Source: a virus
Taxonomy: Duplodnaviria > Caudoviricetes
Strand: one strand, 5' to 3'
IMG/VR virus record: IMGVR_UViG_3300037484_000435
Location: 160,001-224,000 of that record
DNA length: 64,000 nt
The stretch's first letter is position 1. Every line of letters starts with the position of its first letter. A program made the position numbers and the translations under genes. Shown piece after piece: positions 30,560 through 39,270 of this stretch. The notes beneath the pieces were generated by a model. That model saw nothing but the letters and a program-made list of their open reading frames with translations. It had not been told where the DNA came from and ran no database searches.

Positions 30560-30779
30560 ACGTAGTCTCCTTATTACTATTGTATAGGTCCCAATTATAG
30601 GAGGGGACCCCCGCATCTTCCCAACTGGCCTCTTCACAACTATTACAGGCATCAATTGGGATAACAGCGAGCTTCTCACCTTTACGACATTGGATATTGT
30701 CCATGTCTAACAAGTCTATCATCCCTCTATAAGAAACATAAAGACGCTCGCAGTGATCGCAAATAAATGCTCTACTCAT
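30444..30779 (-). CDS. Hypothetical zinc-binding protein
   Basis: CDHC, CNSC; tail overlaps the next gene. Confidence 0.5.
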   Translation of the reverse strand: MSRAFICDHCERLYVSYRGMIDLLDMDNIQCRKGEKLAVIPIDACNSCEEASWEDAGVPSYNWDLYNSNKETTYEENARTECEYNDSGEQENYMCQLLEFRGGWPPRNGNL

Positions 30780-30808
30780 CTATCTAAACCTCCATCAATT
30801 ATTATCTA

Positions 30809-31039
30809 TTAACTATCTGAATAAGTTTTTCTTACTAACTCCTTGCCCAATTCTTCCCGCCATTCCTCTGTATCCATAAAAGCGTCGACCTGTTTCTCCG
30901 TCATAGAGACGGGAGAAATACAGAGACAATGCTCATCCCGACCTAAATAATTGATTTCATATTTGTCTGAATTAGACAATATCAACATGATAGGCTCGAT
31001 TCTAGAATCATAAAATTTGTTCCCGACCTTTACTCTCAC
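30809..31039 (-). CDS. Hypothetical protein
   Basis: GTG start with GGAGG RBS, downstream of promoter motif copy 2. Confidence 0.6.
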   Translation of the reverse strand: MRVKVGNKFYDSRIEPIMLILSNSDKYEINYLGRDEHCLCISPVSMTEKQVDAFMDTEEWREELGKELVRKTYSDS

Positions 31040-31070
31040 CGTTTACCTCCAAGAAAAAGTAAGTCCCTAT

Positions 31071-31098
31071 AGTATAACTAGTACACAAATCCAACTCT
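31071..31098 (-). promoter_or_regulatory. Conserved promoter-like motif, copy 2
   Basis: Minus strand AGAGTTGGATTTGTGTACTAGT followed by TATACT; intergenic. Confidence 0.7.
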
Positions 31099-31102
31099 CA
31101 GT

Positions 31103-31372
31103 TTAGGTAGAAACAGATATTTTGCTAAATCCCACTTCTCCATCGCTTTCGAAATACATGTATGCTTCCCCGTGCGGATTCGTGATATCCACTGGGATTT
31201 TTACCGAAGGGTGCGGATGCTTCAATTGCCCACCTCCCTCTTCAACAAGAAAGCAGACTTGTTGGCCCGCAACAGGCCTTCCTAAGCTATCTGTAACTTT
31301 AGCGGTAAGTAAACTTCTCTGCCCCTGCTTAGCGGGCATAACACAATCAGATGTTATTAATGATATATTCAT
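31103..31372 (-). CDS. Small stand-alone Ig-like (Big_1) domain protein
   Basis: LTAKVTDSLGRPVAGQQV.F.V..GGG.L......T...G.A, typical of invasin/intimin-type Big_1. Confidence 0.7.
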   Translation of the reverse strand: MNISLITSDCVMPAKQGQRSLLTAKVTDSLGRPVAGQQVCFLVEEGGGQLKHPHPSVKIPVDITNPHGEAYMYFESDGEVGFSKISVST

Positions 31373-31397
31373 TTCGTCCTCCTGTTAACTCCAATTA

Positions 31398-32390
31398 TCA
31401 TAATAAACCATCCCTTTTCAAATCATGGGTTTTCGAAGAAATTTGTGTTTTGGAACGACCAAGACCAATCGACATTTCTGACAAAGTTCTCAGTCCAATA
31501 TTTTGCTTCAAGTAATCTACCTCCTCGTTGGTCCAGTATCTCGATTTTATTGACTTAATATAATCATCTAAATCTACTACAAGAAATTTTTCAGCTAGAG
31601 CATACTTTCTATCCATATAAATAGTTGCGAAGTTATACAACCAATTCAAAAATATAACCGCAGTATGTCCCCCATAATGTATAGTTGACAATCTTTTTTT
31701 ATTTAATGTAACATTACAATTATGTGGATAAATTTTTCTAAATTCCTCATTTATGAATTTAATAATAGGATTAGAACCGTTTGCTAAAGTATACCCACCA
31801 ATGAAACAATCTGGGAAATTTTGTGACTTGCCGAATGTAATACAACCATCTCCATCAAAATACCCCCTAATCCAAGAAGCAACTAAGTGTTTAGGAACAG
31901 TTTTAGGTATCTTTGGGTTATAAGTTTTTCTGACAACAATTCCGTGGTATTGTAATTGCGTGGCCAAAAGTGGATCAGCAATACTAAACTCAAACATATC
32001 ATCACGAGGAACATAACGAATCTTAGATTCTGGACTAATTAGATCGCGAAGGGTTTTCAAATGATTCAGGTCCTTCTTTGATAGTTTAATTAGCAACGAA
32101 GGGGTCCGATCACCCACCATTTTACACAAGGCCCCATCAGCAGAAATAAAACCCACAATGTAAGATTTCACTTCAGTATCAATTTCTGTTAAATCTATTA
32201 CTTGCTTTCGTTCAACACCATTCTTAAAAACATTGTTTCTCTTAAGTCCCAAGGAAGTGGCCTTAGTCCAAATATTCTTCCAAGGTCTTCCTGGAAACTC
32301 GTTCATTACCTCGTGCTGAGATTTGTGCTCATAAATAGCAACTAACTTCTCTACTTGGTCTGGGGACCAACCCCAAATTCTCTTTCTCAA
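31398..32390 (-). mobile_element. Free-standing LAGLIDADG endonuclease with N- and C-terminal W-repeat modules
   Basis: WSPDQ; IDTEVKSYIVGFISADG; WIRGYFDGDG; WTNEE. Confidence 0.9.
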
Positions 32391-32396
32391 CTACAA

Positions 32397-32440
32397 ATCC
32401 TCCTATCTGGGTCTTTTATTAAGATAAGAAAGATAGTTAA
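32397..32440 (-). promoter_or_regulatory. RBS-sequestering hairpin plus upstream TTAACTA motif
   Basis: Minus strand ATC(T)TTCTTATCT-loop-AGATAGGAGGAT, about 12 bp including G:U pairs. Confidence 0.65.
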
Positions 32441-32447
32441 ATAATAA

Positions 32448-33464
32448 TTACTTCCAATTATCATAAAAAACATTGGAAGAATCATATGTTATTGTTTCGT
32501 AAAACTTTAATAATTGTTTTATCGTGCGTGCCATATCCCACACAGGGTTAAAACCAATGGATTCTATACGCTCATTACTAACTAAATAGTCGCGACGATC
32601 TTCATCTTTCATTAGTGGGGCTTCCAAAATATGAAGTTCAGTGTACTTTGCTATCTCGTCCGCCAATTCGGCCTTGGTAAGATTTGCTTCTGACAACCCG
32701 ACATTATAAGGCTTACCAGACATCTTATCATACTTCTCAATAGCCAACATGAAAGCCTGACAAACGTCTTCCACATGAATGTAGTTGCGTCTAAAACCTT
32801 TTTCAAATAGAGTAATCTCTCTATTCTTCGCCGCGTTCCAAACAAAGTTATTCACTAACAAGTCTAGCCTCATGCACGGAGAGTACCCCATAACTGTGGC
32901 CAGTCGTAAACTCACGCCGCCTACCTCTAACACAATCTTTTCGGCTTCAACTTTAGACATACCATAGACTGAGATTGGGTTGAGTGGGTCATCTTCTGTA
33001 ACTGGGGTTCCATCCGAACGAGAACCATACCCTGAATTAGTAGACGCGATAATTAGCTTGTGCTTAGGGCCGAGCTCGTCGATCATGGCATTAACCGCAC
33101 CGTAATTTAGGGACCATGCCAGAGCAGGGTCTTTCTTACATGCAGGCATACCCACAATCCCCGCAAGGGGTAATATTACGTCTATGTCGTGTTCTTCAAG
33201 AATCTGCGACACCAAATCAATATTCGTAACTGTCCCATTTACAAATACAAACCTATCATCACTACAGAATTTGCCTAGGGTATTCTGTTTACGAGATAAG
33301 TTGTCCAATACCACTACCTTTTTTACTACAGGTAAATTCATACGTATCTCACCAGGGACATCTTCTGTCACATTTTTTACTTCAACCCATTTGTTCCAAC
33401 CCAATAATTTTTCGACCAACACAGAGCCAATATACCCAGCTCCTCCCGAAATCATAATGTTCAT
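32448..33464 (-). CDS. NAD-dependent SDR closely resembling C. jejuni Cj1427 (GDP-D-glycero-alpha-D-manno-heptose C4 dehydrogenase)
   Basis: GGAGYIGS, PLA.IVG.P.C, TNSGYG, YG.SK, RLATV.G.SP.MRLDLLVN, FRRNYIHV, YDKM.G..YN.GLS.ANLTK, D.RDYLVSN. The match is to Cj1427 as recalled, not searched. Confidence 0.8.
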   Translation of the reverse strand: MNIMISGGAGYIGSVLVEKLLGWNKWVEVKNVTEDVPGEIRMNLPVVKKVVVLDNLSRKQNTLGKFCSDDRFVFVNGTVTNIDLVSQILEEHDIDVILPLAGIVGMPACKKDPALAWSLNYGAVNAMIDELGPKHKLIIASTNSGYGSRSDGTPVTEDDPLNPISVYGMSKVEAEKIVLEVGGVSLRLATVMGYSPCMRLDLLVNNFVWNAAKNREITLFEKGFRRNYIHVEDVCQAFMLAIEKYDKMSGKPYNVGLSEANLTKAELADEIAKYTELHILEAPLMKDEDRRDYLVSNERIESIGFNPVWDMARTIKQLLKFYETITYDSSNVFYDNWK

Positions 33465-33479
33465 AAAATAAAAACCTCC

Positions 33480-34052
33480 TTAACAACTGACACACATTTC
33501 AAAGTCAGCATAACAATTATATTCTTTACACTTTGGACAAGTGGATATTAACCAACCTGTCCTTTTATCTTTAAGAGAAGCCCCGCAAAATCTACAATAG
33601 GCTACACCACCAAAGTCAGGCTCTGCTTTCATCCAGCCCCGCTCAATGAGGTCTCCCTCATCGACTCCTTCAGGTAAATGTTCTATACGAGACATATCCA
33701 AATAGACATACTTATGGCCTCGATTTTTACCCGCAAATCTCCCAGCGTAAACGGGGGAAGTTAAATACTTATCTGAATCCGGGTTTCGTTTAACGACATC
33801 GGACCCGTAATCCCTCGGGGGAATAAAGGTCTCAGTAAAATACCAATCATCAGCGTCCAAATCAGTAAAGGATAAAGTAAAATTATAGTCCGCAACCACA
33901 TCAAACGGATAATAATCTTGGGGTTTTACTGGTTCTATTCTATCGGTCCTTTGTGATACCCTTAACTTTATTCCCCCTAAAGCATTGTTCTCCCTACTAA
34001 TAAAACCATCACCCTTCTCCCTTCTCCCGCAATACCGTAATAGCCTCTTCAT
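33480..34052 (-). CDS. Hypothetical protein with C-terminal zinc ribbon
   Basis: CRFCG...CPKC near the C-terminus. Confidence 0.55.
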   Translation of the reverse strand: MKRLLRYCGRREKGDGFISRENNALGGIKLRVSQRTDRIEPVKPQDYYPFDVVADYNFTLSFTDLDADDWYFTETFIPPRDYGSDVVKRNPDSDKYLTSPVYAGRFAGKNRGHKYVYLDMSRIEHLPEGVDEGDLIERGWMKAEPDFGGVAYCRFCGASLKDKRTGWLISTCPKCKEYNCYADFEMCVSC

Positions 34053-34059
34053 ATTTCAT

Positions 34060-34593
34060 TTATAATCTCCTTAAATGTTTCTTTATCATATTCACTAATA
34101 TTATATAAGCCTCCTCCTCTGAATGAAAACCAGTATCTATTGTCAAATCTGGTAAACGATTCAATCCTAAGTTATCCTCACTAGGCCCCTCAAATGGGCT
34201 TCCGATACCAGTGAAGTTAGGAATTTCTCCTTTCAATGCCTTCTGATATAATCCCTTTGGGTCCCTACTAATTAACGTGTCCAGAGCACACCGTAAATAA
34301 ACTTCGAAATATTTATGAAGCAACCCAGCGTTTGCGTTCCGCATCGCTTGTAAAGGGGTAATAGAAGCTACAACCATGTTATTACCACGGTCTTGTAAAC
34401 CCTTAACGTGGTGCCTTAAAGCTTCTTGGTAATGGGACCGCCCTGCTACGGAGAAATCAGCAGGAGTACTTAATTGCTTTCTCACTGAGTCAGAATCCAA
34501 GAATAGATAATCCAGTTCTTCGGCCAACCTAAACCCCAGTGTGGTCTTTCCAGAACCTGACAAGCCCCAAATCCATATAACATTTCCTAACAT
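34060..34593 (-). CDS. cysC: Adenylyl-sulfate (APS) kinase
   Basis: IWIWGLSGSGKTT, LDSD.VR, VASITP, RDPKGLY.KA..GEI.NFTGI.SPFE.P. Confidence 0.93.
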   Translation of the reverse strand: MLGNVIWIWGLSGSGKTTLGFRLAEELDYLFLDSDSVRKQLSTPADFSVAGRSHYQEALRHHVKGLQDRGNNMVVASITPLQAMRNANAGLLHKYFEVYLRCALDTLISRDPKGLYQKALKGEIPNFTGIGSPFEGPSEDNLGLNRLPDLTIDTGFHSEEEAYIILVNMIKKHLRRL

Positions 34594-34595
34594 TA

Positions 34596-35432
34596 TTAAT
34601 CTCCACCAAATCCTGTTATTCTTCGAATCCCTAACTGTCCTGCCTTCCAAACGATACTCGCAATACTCCTGTCTAATAATAAACTTATCTGTTTGTTACC
34701 TATAGTTCCGTAGTTCATTTGCAAGAAAGCAATCTCTTCAGCAGACCAATAAGTTTTTATATGGGGTTTATAATTATTTGTCTCGTAATCTTGAATAATA
34801 TCTACCGCGTTTCGATACTTCCGAGGCAAGGACAACGAACAGTCTGAATATAGAAATTTTACAAACTGATAGGCACTATAATTTGCATAACCCAACACAT
34901 ATGTATTTCGGCTTGATAAAACCTTACACTTGTTAGGATAATAATCACGAAAGTGAAGCTGAATATAATCTAACATTCTTTTAGATCCACTGTAAACACA
35001 ACATTTCGAATTTCTATTTCTATAGACAACTGATCCATCTCCGTCCACATAACCCCTGATGTAATGTCTTATTAAATTTTTTGGTGTTGAGGAGGGTGGA
35101 CTCAAAATCTTGGATTTTGCAGGTACAATGTTATGCTTAATAAACTCGTTGCACAGTTTGGAAGAGGAAACACGTAATGTGTACTGTATTTGGGTTGCAT
35201 ACTTCTTACCAGTTAAAGGACTTGTCATAATCCTATTACGCGATTCTGTTATTTTGGTTTTGATACCCATTATCATCTTCACTTTTTCTAGAAATTTTCC
35301 ATCTTCCCCAGCCAAATAGAGGGAGACCTGATTTTTAGCAGAAAAAACGTTGCCATCAGCACCATATAATCCCAACAAATAGGCCTTTTCCTCTGTATCA
35401 ATAGTAGAAAAATCTAATAAACCGTTTATCAT
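34596..35432 (-). mobile_element. Free-standing LAGLIDADG endonuclease with C-terminal WSAEE module
   Basis: DFSTIDTEEKAYLLGLYGADG; YIRGYVDGDG. Confidence 0.9.
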
Positions 35433-35950
35433 TTCTTCTTTTCCTTCAACCTTTGCATCAATTTTTTAGTTTCGTTCTTATGACAGGGAACACAGAGAGA
35501 CCTCAAGTTCTCTTCATAAGGTAAATTATGAGGATAGTCTCTAGGACCACCACCCTCGGCAACAGGTAAGATATGGTCTACCGTGAACCACCGACGATTA
35601 TGAAGAGGGGCCCAACCCTTTTCAATATACTTTGCCCTTACCTCTTCTCTACAAGTAGGTGAACCACTAGACTTACATCCGCTTAACTCCCTCAAGAATT
35701 CTCGCCTTACCTCTTCTGTATCTACACCACAAATAACACAGTTACCTCTGTCACGTTTGTAAATCTGTAATGCGGCGTACCTAGGTTGGTTTCTTAATTT
35801 ATATTGATGTACGCAGGCCTCACCACAGAAAGTCCTGCGACCTTTAGGCACTTCCTCCCCACACATCCTACACAGCCCACGCCCGTTGGGCCCACGAGGA
35901 TGCTTCTGATAATCTACCCAGCCTGTATCTTTCATCTTACGCTTGGACAT
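35429..35950 (-). CDS. HNH endonuclease (McrA-like)
   Basis: CRMCG, FC...C, RD...C..CG, VDHILPV..GG...NLRSLCVPCH. Confidence 0.85.
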   Translation of the reverse strand: MSKRKMKDTGWVDYQKHPRGPNGRGLCRMCGEEVPKGRRTFCGEACVHQYKLRNQPRYAALQIYKRDRGNCVICGVDTEEVRREFLRELSGCKSSGSPTCREEVRAKYIEKGWAPLHNRRWFTVDHILPVAEGGGPRDYPHNLPYEENLRSLCVPCHKNETKKLMQRLKEKKK

Positions 35951-36756
35951 TATCTTTTGATTACGAAACCAGTCTCTTGTTCGTTATACTTAGAAATGTG
36001 CATTTCTTCTTTACCATGAATGTGCTTTAACTCTTTGGGATACACAAAATTATGGCGACCCTCATAGGGAGGGGTACTATGCCAGACGGAGATCGCAATG
36101 TTTTCTACTTCTGGATCCACGGGCTGCCAATCACGAACAAAGGTGGAAATACCAAAACTATCCCACCAGTCTTGCGGATAACCTCTAGTCAAACCGATAA
36201 ATTGGTCTGGTGTCCAAAATTCGTGAAGCACCTGAAATTGATAACTGTGGTCTCTGTGCCATATTCTCCAAGCATTCGCTACACGATTATAGTTCAAATC
36301 ATCACAAATTATAATGGCCTCGTCCGCCAGGTAAGGAACAATTCTTTCAAATGCGTCTATAGTCGCTTCATAACTGTGGTCTCCGTCATAATAATACGTC
36401 CCAATTTTCCTCCCCCCTAGAAATTTCTCCAAGTCTAATTCAGTATAATCTCCGAGGTGAAATTTCAAATTGGGAATTGTATCAATTAGTCTCCCCACTT
36501 CTCCTTGCACCTGTATGTCACAAGCAAATTTATGAACATCATCGTTGCCTCTACTCGCCGCATCCAACGAAGACCCATAAAGCAAACCTATTTCAAAATA
36601 GGCTTCATCGGTGCCTTTCAAACAACTAACCGCCAAATTTATTGTGTGCTGTATCAAGGGGCTGTTGGTTCCCCATATATTTGTCAAAGGTTGTAACTCT
36701 TTGGCTCTTGACAAAACCTTTGTATGAAACTGTCTTCTAAAACAATCTAAATTCAT
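35950..36756 (-). CDS. Class I SAM methyltransferase (Methyltransf_24-like)
   Basis: YFEIGLLYGSS, YYYDGDHSYE, IICDD. Confidence 0.8.
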   Translation of the reverse strand: MNLDCFRRQFHTKVLSRAKELQPLTNIWGTNSPLIQHTINLAVSCLKGTDEAYFEIGLLYGSSLDAASRGNDDVHKFACDIQVQGEVGRLIDTIPNLKFHLGDYTELDLEKFLGGRKIGTYYYDGDHSYEATIDAFERIVPYLADEAIIICDDLNYNRVANAWRIWHRDHSYQFQVLHEFWTPDQFIGLTRGYPQDWWDSFGISTFVRDWQPVDPEVENIAISVWHSTPPYEGRHNFVYPKELKHIHGKEEMHISKYNEQETGFVIKR

Positions 36757-37052
36757 CTCTTCCCTCCGCTCCTTGCAATCGTTGATAATGTTACCACGAA
36801 CCTCTCCAAAGCATCCGCCTCATGTAATAACAATTCTTCCCATGTATCAATGATAAACGCTCTTTTTATAAATAATGCTACCCAACAACAAGTACGGTGG
36901 GTATAGTAACGAAGTAAAAACCAATACCCAATCAACCATTTAGGTAAAAATCTTATGATGATGGATACATAATCACGTAAAATTATGTGAGGAAGCATTA
37001 TTAAATAAAAAACATAAAAGAGAATTTTTGACCCAAAACAATCTAAATTCAT
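36739..37052. repeat. 18-bp direct repeat (aaaacaatctaaattcat) at 36739-36756 and 37035-37052
   Basis: Identical 18-mers 296 bp apart; both encode an MNLDCF start. Confidence 0.85.
36753..37052 (-). CDS. Hydrophobic (possibly membrane) hypothetical protein
   Basis: Aromatic/aliphatic-rich; starts at the duplicated MNLDCF. Confidence 0.5.
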   Translation of the reverse strand: MNLDCFGSKILFYVFYLIMLPHIILRDYVSIIIRFLPKWLIGYWFLLRYYTHRTCCWVALFIKRAFIIDTWEELLLHEADALERFVVTLSTIARSGGKR

Positions 37053-37053
37053 A

Positions 37054-37272
37054 CTACCACTCCCGTTTCCCATGTTGGGAAGAACATTCCCACAACATAA
37101 ATATAAAATCCATAGCGTCCCCCACTATACCATCAAGAACACCGCTGTTATATCCATCAAATTTTTCCAGCATAGCTAAATCCAAGACTTGTCCCAGCTT
37201 GAACATTTGCTCGTCACTCATGTTCATTATGCGTTCACAAATATCTTCTCGTGTTGTTATGTTCTCGCTCAT
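37054..37272 (-). CDS. Hypothetical protein
   Basis: Start refined to MSENITT from the ATGA overlap. Confidence 0.5.
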   Translation of the reverse strand: MSENITTREDICERIMNMSDEQMFKLGQVLDLAMLEKFDGYNSGVLDGIVGDAMDFIFMLWECSSQHGKREW

Positions 37273-37433
37273 ATTAAATCCCACCCTATAATAAAGAAAG
37301 GATTTCTCTCCAGAGTCTCCCTCCATATATATAAACTTGAGAAAGCCCCTCGGCTGTCCCAGCATAGGGGTTTAAAAAGAATATTATGGGCATCAATTGG
37401 TTTACCACCAGGCATAAAAGTTCCTAGCGTCAT
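37269..37433 (-). CDS. Small hypothetical protein
   Basis: ATGA overlaps at both ends. Confidence 0.45.
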   Translation of the reverse strand: MTLGTFMPGGKPIDAHNILFKPLCWDSRGAFSSLYIWRETLERNPFFIIGWDLI

Positions 37434-37630
37434 ACTAAATCCCACTTCCAAATAAAGAATGGACTACTTTTAGCCCCAGTCGGAGACAGCTGTCTAACAT
37501 GTTTATAATACATTTCGCTATAATTATTTTTAATCTCTATCATTCTCCACCCTTCTTCCTCACATTTCTCGCAGGAATCTAGGACGAAGGGGCAGTAATG
37601 TATATTATCATACCTAGGGAAGGGCAACAT
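37430..37630 (-). CDS. Small hypothetical protein
   Basis: ORF track; Cys cluster. Confidence 0.45.
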   Translation of the reverse strand: MLPFPRYDNIHYCPFVLDSCEKCEEEGWRMIEIKNNYSEMYYKHVRQLSPTGAKSSPFFIWKWDLV

Positions 37631-38260
37631 TTACGCAACCTCCTTCTGTATAACACATTGCATCATAGCGGTTGTAGTTATTGTCGCTCCAACTGATTCG
37701 GCAAACTCAGTAACAGCTTTTGTAATAGGCTCTATCGTTGCCCAATCATCATAAACAATGACACCGCCATCGACGAGGCGGGGCCAAAAAAACTTTGATG
37801 CTTCCAGTGTAGGTAGATAGACGTCCATATCTAAATGGACCAGACTAAACTTCTCATCTCCTAATTGGTTAAGTGTTTCTGGAACAAGTCCTTGGTATAA
37901 GGTAGCAGGTATATCACCCAGTGTTGCTCTTACTTGGTCCTGACTCACTGCAAATTCTCCACCTCGGCACCCATTACCTTCTATTATATACTGTGCGGGT
38001 ATCCCTGCAAAAGTATCAAAAATATGTAGAGGCTTTGTACCATCTGAAGCCAGATACATCACCTTTGAAGCCCCGCCCAAGTAGGTACCACACTCTGCTA
38101 TACACCCTCCCAAAGGAAGAGTGTAGCGGGCCATAGCCCAGAGTATCCAAAGGCGGTCGGGTGTTAACAGAGTTCTGTGGAGAATTTGTCTTTCCACATC
38201 CATAAACCGCTCTCTAGTTTCTTCTACCCGCCCGCAGCCGTAAACCTTATAATAATCCAT
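37631..38260 (-). CDS. TylF/MycF-family sugar O-methyltransferase (paralog of 21304..21939)
   Basis: TLLTPDRLWILW, AECGTY.GG, IFDTFAG, GLVPETL, HLDMDVY, YDDW. Confidence 0.88.
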   Translation of the reverse strand: MDYYKVYGCGRVEETRERFMDVERQILHRTLLTPDRLWILWAMARYTLPLGGCIAECGTYLGGASKVMYLASDGTKPLHIFDTFAGIPAQYIIEGNGCRGGEFAVSQDQVRATLGDIPATLYQGLVPETLNQLGDEKFSLVHLDMDVYLPTLEASKFFWPRLVDGGVIVYDDWATIEPITKAVTEFAESVGATITTTAMMQCVIQKEVA

Positions 38261-38261
38261 G

Positions 38262-38696
38262 CTAACCTCCTATTTGTCTAGTTAACCAACCCAGTTGTTC
38301 CCGAGCCAAAGGTGCATCATATCCTGGGTCGTAAGCCCACTTCTCCATAGATAATAATTGAAGAAGCCACCCACGATGTGTTTCTTTATCCGCCTCGAAA
38401 GCGGATTCACACTCCCGTAAAAATGCCCCGAACGCACTTAGGAAAGGAACACCGTCCGAGGTAGGATAAACAAAATAAGTTCTACGACATCCAGGCATAC
38501 TTCCACCCGACCTTATACACTTACAAATGTTTTCGATGTCGCTCTTACCACCCTCTGAGTAGTGGCTAGGGCATTTGTACCCAATGATTTCAACACACCG
38601 TTCGATGCATTGGGCCTCTAACTCCCGTATAGTCCCCTCATCGGGTATTGCTTTAACTGTACGTAATATTTGAGACCAAATATCTAGATAATTCAT
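38262..38696 (-). CDS. Hypothetical protein
   Basis: ORF track. Confidence 0.55.
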   Translation of the reverse strand: MNYLDIWSQILRTVKAIPDEGTIRELEAQCIERCVEIIGYKCPSHYSEGGKSDIENICKCIRSGGSMPGCRRTYFVYPTSDGVPFLSAFGAFLRECESAFEADKETHRGWLLQLLSMEKWAYDPGYDAPLAREQLGWLTRQIGG

Positions 38697-38698
38697 AA

Positions 38699-39259
38699 TT
38701 AATCCTTCATCAATTTAGACTTTTTGGTAAGTTGAAAACGGTCAAATGCCTGCTTGATTATTTTGTGGAAGTAATCCAACCCGTCACCCTCTGGACAACT
38801 TAAATGTCGTGCGGTTTCATTCTTTAAAAGCTTCAACTTAGAATGTTGAGCCATATCAATTACTTTTTCACCGGTGTTTTCATCCGTAACACATAAGTAA
38901 TATATAGGCTTGCCTCCGGGAACCACGGGCTCAAAGGAAGTAACTTCTGCCGCTGTTAAAAAAGATTCTAACTCTGCGGAAGTATAACTCCCATATTTAT
39001 TCATAATCTGCAAACGGAAACCGAGAAAAGAAGCTTCTGTCGAAGCATATATCCCTGGGGTTATATTGAACCACGGAATCTTATGAGCACGAGTTAGTTC
39101 AATCAACCAATCGATTATTTCATTGAGGTTATGTTCTATTCTATCTTTGTCAACCTCGTTATCTATCTTAGCCCTCAACTCCTCTACCTCTTCTTTGAAA
39201 GGATAGAAATCCGAAGTAGAATTAAGTACCACCTTTATATCATTTAGTGCTTTATTCAT
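38699..39259 (-). CDS. Hypothetical protein
   Basis: ORF track. Confidence 0.55.
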   Translation of the reverse strand: MNKALNDIKVVLNSTSDFYPFKEEVEELRAKIDNEVDKDRIEHNLNEIIDWLIELTRAHKIPWFNITPGIYASTEASFLGFRLQIMNKYGSYTSAELESFLTAAEVTSFEPVVPGGKPIYYLCVTDENTGEKVIDMAQHSKLKLLKNETARHLSCPEGDGLDYFHKIIKQAFDRFQLTKKSKLMKD

Positions 39260-39270
39260 AATCTCTCCTA

